IMG/VR virus record: IMGVR_UViG_3300030372_004928
Span: 16,497 to 80,496 of that record
Strand: one strand, 5' to 3'
Origin: a virus
Taxonomy: Duplodnaviria > Caudoviricetes
Length of the DNA stretch: 64,000 bases
The stretch's first letter is position 1. Each line of letters begins with the position of its first letter. Below, piece after piece: positions 59,443 through 64,000 of the stretch. The notes beneath the pieces are model-generated. The model was not told where the DNA came from and searched no databases. It saw only the letters and a program-made list of their open reading frames with translations. The translations under genes and the position numbers were made by a program.

Positions 59443-60489
59443 TTACTTTTTTGCTGTTGTTAACCTAGCTTTTATTTGTTGTCTTGTTTCAAGATTCTGT
59501 TCTTCTTTCAAAAACATAACAGCTTCATTTACACTATTACCGATTTTAGTATTATCTCCATAATATATTGTATCTGTATTAGGTATTCGTCTAAGAATGT
59601 CAAAATTAACGCATTGTTCAACAAAAGATTTTAGAACAAGATTGTCATCATTTACAACTGAAAGAAATTTATTAGGATATGCACTAACAATTGCATCTAA
59701 TAAAATATCTTTTTCATCGTCTGTATTAACACTATATTCTTTTTTATTCATTTGTTGTACTCCACTAATTTCTTTTTTCATAACATCTATTACAAATCCA
59801 ACTTTATCTCTGTCTCCTAAAAGTTCACTAAATGCAAGTGTAGCATTTTTCTTTGCCATTAATTTTGCATGGTCAGCTTTAAGAGATGCTGAAGAATCTA
59901 AGATATAAAAACGTATTTTTGCAGAATTATCAATGTACTTTATATCTAAAGCAACTACTGAATAAACAAGGCAATAACGATATAAAATATATTCATTCAC
60001 GTTTATTGGTTTACCTACTTCTTGTCGTATAGAGAAATCTTCTTTAAATCTACGTATACCATTTGGTGTTTTTCCAATTAAACCTGTTTTCCATTTTTCA
60101 AATCGAATTGCTTCTTTATCTGCTTCTTTTTGACCTTTTTTAGCATCGGCTTGATTATCATATTCAAAGCCTACTTGCAATTTAAGACCACCTCCTTTTC
60201 CTTCTCTATTATGTGAAGGAACAGTTACGTTTATATTTAACCAATAATCTTCAACGTATTTTTCAAATAAAACATCTTTTTCAGAGATTCCAAGAATTCT
60301 AGGTAGAAACATACGTTCTTCAATTTTATTAAGACCTCTAAGTATAGCCCCATTTTTAGTGTATGCACTTCCTATTTTTTCTTTATTATGAATTACTTCT
60401 AAATCAATTCCTTGACCTATTCTCGCCATTTTTGCCGAGTTAGGTCTTAAGTGTATTTCAACTGTTTTACTATGTTGTATAACTTTCAT
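59443..60489 (-). CDS. Conserved crAss-like protein downstream of the major capsid gene
   Basis: Synteny; KPINVNEYILYRYCL, LKSFVEQCV blocks. Confidence 0.6.
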   Translation of the reverse strand: MKVIQHSKTVEIHLRPNSAKMARIGQGIDLEVIHNKEKIGSAYTKNGAILRGLNKIEERMFLPRILGISEKDVLFEKYVEDYWLNINVTVPSHNREGKGGGLKLQVGFEYDNQADAKKGQKEADKEAIRFEKWKTGLIGKTPNGIRRFKEDFSIRQEVGKPINVNEYILYRYCLVYSVVALDIKYIDNSAKIRFYILDSSASLKADHAKLMAKKNATLAFSELLGDRDKVGFVIDVMKKEISGVQQMNKKEYSVNTDDEKDILLDAIVSAYPNKFLSVVNDDNLVLKSFVEQCVNFDILRRIPNTDTIYYGDNTKIGNSVNEAVMFLKEEQNLETRQQIKARLTTAKK

Positions 60490-60552
60490 TGTATTCTGTT
60501 TATTTTCTGTTAATCATTTTGATTAATCTAATTTCTAGAATTATTATTTATT

Positions 60553-62022
60553 TTATGCTAAATCACATTTCAATGTAAAGCAATGAGTATTTCTACGAAT
60601 ACAAATTGATTTACTACACATAAAGTGGATGTGTGATGCATCTTGTTCAGTACCTAAAGAGATAACTCCTTTATTTCCAGAGAAAGAATATGGAGTATCA
60701 GCCATACCTTGAAGAATACCAGTTTTCATAGCACGACCTTCTTGGTGGTACATTTGTACGTTTTTCTTACCATCATAAACAGACATATCAATGAAATACA
60801 TTTCATATGAAGTCATAGGTAAACTTGTTTTAGGATGACGAGGAGCTTTATTAGCTCTTGAACCTAAATCAAGAAGTGGTAAATGTTGAACAGTAATTTT
60901 GTGTCCATCTTTGTGAATATATTGTGTAAAGTATCCACCTAATGATAGAGTTGAACCTGAACCTGTAACAAATTTGTCACCTGTATCTTGAATGAAACCC
61001 ATAGCTTTTGCTTCGTCTTTCATTGCATTGTCAAATTCTTCAGCACCACCTGTTCCTGTAAATAAACGTACATCCATATTTTCAGTATCACTTGCACCAA
61101 ACATTACATCTCTAACTACATCTTTAACTTTACGTGCTGTAAGTTTAGAATAAGTATCGTTGTTAGGAATTTGGTCAAGTACACCTGCGCCAATAGGAAT
61201 AACTAATCCAGTTTTAGGGTCTTTAGTAGGAATAGAACCATCTGCTTTTCTATTGTAACGAGAATACCATAGATGCTCTTCAATTGATTGTTTCCATTTA
61301 ATCATAAATTGCCATTGTTCGAAAGCAACCCATAGATTTGTTTGTTTACCACCAACGTTAAATTGACATTCAACAGTTCTGTTAGAAACATTACCTCCTA
61401 GTCTCCAAGACTTTCTTAGGAAAGATAATTGATTCTTCATTTTCCCTGGTGCAACGAAGTTTGATTCATTACCCATAGAAAGAGATTCAGAAACAGGCGC
61501 TCCACCAACCATAGCCCAAGGTGTACCTGGTGCTAATTCACTAAGTGGACAAGAAGCAAATCTTCCATCATACATTAATTGTAATTCATACTTATAGTAT
61601 AATCCAACTTGTACTGGTCTACTTACAACTCTAGCTTGAACATCATTTTGAGATTCAATAATGTGGTCAGTTTTTAACCAATTTGATTTAAATGTTACAA
61701 AGAAGTTTGTATTATTTAAACCAGGTTTATCTGTACCAGAATATTGTGATTCAATTACAACGTCTGCTTTATCTAATTTATTAATTACATCATAAGTATA
61801 CTGTACATCTTGTATACCTTTACTACCTTCATATCCTTCACTTAAGAAAGAAAGTGGGAATTGTTTGTCGTAACGACCCATTAAATGCGTAAGTACAGGG
61901 TCTAGTTGGTCAGGCTTCGTAAGAAGTGCATTAACTAAACTGTTTTGATCCGTGAACCCACGACCATCAAACGTATCGTGATATACGACCTTTGCCGTAT
62001 TTTCAATGTTTGTAAAAGCCAT
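60553..62022 (-). CDS. Major capsid protein (crAss-type HK97 fold)
   Basis: 489 aa; KMKNQLSFLRKS, IPIGAGVLDQI, LFTGTGGAEEF, FTQYIHKDGHKITVQHLPLLD; order portal-scaffold-MCP. Confidence 0.88.
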   Translation of the reverse strand: MAFTNIENTAKVVYHDTFDGRGFTDQNSLVNALLTKPDQLDPVLTHLMGRYDKQFPLSFLSEGYEGSKGIQDVQYTYDVINKLDKADVVIESQYSGTDKPGLNNTNFFVTFKSNWLKTDHIIESQNDVQARVVSRPVQVGLYYKYELQLMYDGRFASCPLSELAPGTPWAMVGGAPVSESLSMGNESNFVAPGKMKNQLSFLRKSWRLGGNVSNRTVECQFNVGGKQTNLWVAFEQWQFMIKWKQSIEEHLWYSRYNRKADGSIPTKDPKTGLVIPIGAGVLDQIPNNDTYSKLTARKVKDVVRDVMFGASDTENMDVRLFTGTGGAEEFDNAMKDEAKAMGFIQDTGDKFVTGSGSTLSLGGYFTQYIHKDGHKITVQHLPLLDLGSRANKAPRHPKTSLPMTSYEMYFIDMSVYDGKKNVQMYHQEGRAMKTGILQGMADTPYSFSGNKGVISLGTEQDASHIHFMCSKSICIRRNTHCFTLKCDLA

Positions 62023-62068
62023 TGTTTTCTAATTTAATTTAAGAGTTTAAAAATAATTAAAACTAGAA

Positions 62069-63349
62069 TTAATTTTTCTTCCTTCCATGAAGGTTGTTTA
62101 TATTAATTCCAGCTATATCGTTAGTAACTTTTGTTACAGGAAGGCTACCAGATAGTTTAATTCTTCTTTTAGAATTAAGGAGTTTTAACTCTTTTACTTT
62201 ATCTTGAGCAACTTCCATTTTAACAAGTTTATTAATATCAAATTTTAAATAACGTAATAAAGCTAATTGCATATTTAAAGTTATATTATCTTCTGTTGTT
62301 TGAGAAGCATCTATAAATTCTTGTGTATGACCATATTCATTAACTCCTTTACTTATATAATTATAAAAAGATTCCCTATCATTTGCAGGAATTTTAATAT
62401 TACCTAAAACACCTTTTGTAACAACAGCGTCTTTAATATTATTCCAATAAGCTTGTTCTTCTGCAGCTCTTTGTTCAATAACTTGCTTATTATGTGCATC
62501 ACGTTGTTGTGTTATTTGTTGTTCTTTTGCTGCTAATAGTTTTTGAGCCGTTATAGCTGTATCTCTATCTGTCCCTGCTTGTTGTTGATATGTAAACCAA
62601 GCATCTGCTTGTTTATCTACTTCAGCTTTCTGGTTAGTATCTAAACTATTGTAATTATATCTTTCTCTATATTCTGCTAATATAAGGTCACGATATAAAG
62701 ACTTTAAACTATTTGCATTTTGCTCTGTTTCTTCGGGTATAGAAATATTACTATAATCTGTAGGAACATCAAAAAACGAATTAGCGTCATAACCTGCTGA
62801 CAAATGATTTAAAAAAGCTTTAGCTTGTGGATATGCAGCAAAGGTTTCCGTTTCCATTTTCTTTGCTTTTAATTCACTAGCATCATTTATCATTTGTACT
62901 AGACCTTCATGACTATTCTCGTAAGTTAAATTTTCTCCATTTGAATCAACTAAGTCAAGACCGTAGTTATCTTTAATTAAATCTCTTAAGACAACAGTAT
63001 CTTCAGGAGCATTAACTTCAATTTCTTGAGTACCATCTTCATTTTGTACTACTTCAAAATCACCTTTTTTATAAACAACTTCACCTTCTTCATTAATTAA
63101 ATTACCTTCATCGTCAACATTAAACTGAGTTCCTTCTTCTTTAGATTCTTCTGCAGTTTCAGTAGTTTCAACAGCTTCTTCGCTTCCTTGATTTTCTGGT
63201 TGCTCGGTAACTTCTTCTTGATTTTTAGCTTGTTCTTTTTCTTCTTGTACTACTGGTTCTTCGCCAGTAGATGTAAGAAGTGCACTCTCAGGATTACTTA
63301 AATTTCCTAGAGTTATGTCATCAATGTTCAAATCATTTTCTTTTGACAT
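62069..63349 (-). CDS. Acidic scaffold-like protein between portal and major capsid
   Basis: Glu-rich low-complexity N-terminus and coiled coils; conserved position in crAss-like genomes. Confidence 0.6.
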   Translation of the reverse strand: MSKENDLNIDDITLGNLSNPESALLTSTGEEPVVQEEKEQAKNQEEVTEQPENQGSEEAVETTETAEESKEEGTQFNVDDEGNLINEEGEVVYKKGDFEVVQNEDGTQEIEVNAPEDTVVLRDLIKDNYGLDLVDSNGENLTYENSHEGLVQMINDASELKAKKMETETFAAYPQAKAFLNHLSAGYDANSFFDVPTDYSNISIPEETEQNANSLKSLYRDLILAEYRERYNYNSLDTNQKAEVDKQADAWFTYQQQAGTDRDTAITAQKLLAAKEQQITQQRDAHNKQVIEQRAAEEQAYWNNIKDAVVTKGVLGNIKIPANDRESFYNYISKGVNEYGHTQEFIDASQTTEDNITLNMQLALLRYLKFDINKLVKMEVAQDKVKELKLLNSKRRIKLSGSLPVTKVTNDIAGININNLHGRKKN

Positions 63350-63376
63350 AGTTATAAAATTTATTTAGTTAACAAT

Positions 63377-64000
63377 TTATTTATCATATTGATTTCTATT
63401 TTCTTTAGCTATTGCCATTTGATTCGCCATTTGCTCTCTTTTCAATTGATCATTTTTGTTTTGAGAAATGGTTTTCTGTCTTGTAGCATCTTTTTTAGCT
63501 AAAGCACTTTCTGTATTTGCTACTGCATTACTTTCAAGATTTACTGTATCTTCTACTAAATCTTCTACTCCTGCATCTTGCATACTATTCATTGATGCTT
63601 GTAGTTTAGCATTAGCTTGAATTTGAGCAACTTGAATATCTGTAGCATTTTTAGAATCTTGTTTTACTTTTTCTGCTTCAGATTGCATTTGTGCAGTCTG
63701 TGCTTGTTGTTGTTGCATTTGTTGTTGGAATTCTCGTTCTGCTGCTAATCCTTCTTTTACATAACGCTTCATTTTAGACATATTATTTGCATCTAAAACT
63801 TCAAGCATTGTATCTGGTGTCATACCATTTTGCCCCATAGTAAGAATAAGATTTTCTGCTTTATCTATTTTCTCTTGTTCAAAAATACTATTACGAGCAA
63901 AGACATTGAATTCACTTTCCATAAAGTCTACAACATCTAAATCTCCAACTTCAAACCAAGCTGTTCTTGCATCTGAATTTATATAAGCTGCTTTTTTACC
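63377..64000 (-). CDS. Portal protein, C-terminal part (continues beyond the window)
   Basis: The frame is open to the window end (GKKAAYINSDARTAWFEVG...); Gln-rich coiled-coil C-terminus; position upstream of scaffold and MCP. Confidence 0.75.
   Translation of the reverse strand, partial: GKKAAYINSDARTAWFEVGDLDVVDFMESEFNVFARNSIFEQEKIDKAENLILTMGQNGMTPDTMLEVLDANNMSKMKRYVKEGLAAEREFQQQMQQQQAQTAQMQSEAEKVKQDSKNATDIQVAQIQANAKLQASMNSMQDAGVEDLVEDTVNLESNAVANTESALAKKDATRQKTISQNKNDQLKREQMANQMAIAKENRNQYDK

Noticed and set aside
1398-59908. Short antisense or alternate-frame ORFs in the supplied track (e.g. 1398-1619, 2530-2880, 4670-4903, 23689-23979, 27467-27664, 36859-37137, 43647-43880, 59597-59908)
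   Set aside because: They are nested in long motif-bearing genes and have the Leu/Phe/Ile-rich composition of shadow frames in AT-rich DNA.
1-64000. Stop-codon reassignment, known in some crAss-like clades
   Set aside because: Genes up to 16 kb are open in the standard code. TAG ends 9204-9815 right before a terminator and also ends the holin gene, TGA ends coupled small genes, and no suppressor tRNA was seen.
1-64000. tRNA genes, integrase or attachment sites
   Set aside because: Intergenic gaps are short and A/T-rich with no cloverleaf or T-loop (GTTCGA-type) context, and no recombinase motifs were found. A tRNAscan run would be the definitive check.

Overview
This AT-rich 64 kb window is the core of a crAss-like (Crassvirales-type) podophage genome read in the standard genetic code. 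The host is probably Bacteroidota: there are no Shine-Dalgarno motifs, starts have A-rich context, and one exact TTTG-N19-TAnnTTTG promoter is present. Positions 1-16010 (+ strand) hold the replication module: SF1 helicase, family A DNA polymerase, a GH73 glucosaminidase, SF2 helicase, DnaB-like helicase, RecT-like annealase, putative SSB and primase. These are followed by a cluster of small genes ending in a RadC/JAB protein. Positions 16243-64000 (- strand) hold the virion module in crAss gene order: portal (partial), scaffold-like protein, major capsid, ring/auxiliary capsid/tail proteins, holins, muzzle, then four large ejected (cargo) proteins including a 5367-aa virion RNA polymerase polyprotein, and finally a metallophosphoesterase. 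Two observations stand out. First, a roughly 640-aa cassette is inserted in the RNAP polyprotein, carrying two tandem copies of an unassigned alpha/beta domain and an intact-looking AlkB-type 2OG-Fe(II) dioxygenase. Second, a tandem pair of promoter-short RNA-terminator units sharing an AATAAGGCT motif sits at the convergence point of the two modules. No tRNA, CRISPR array, integrase, intron or intein was recognised. All functional calls come from reading motifs by eye, without database searches.
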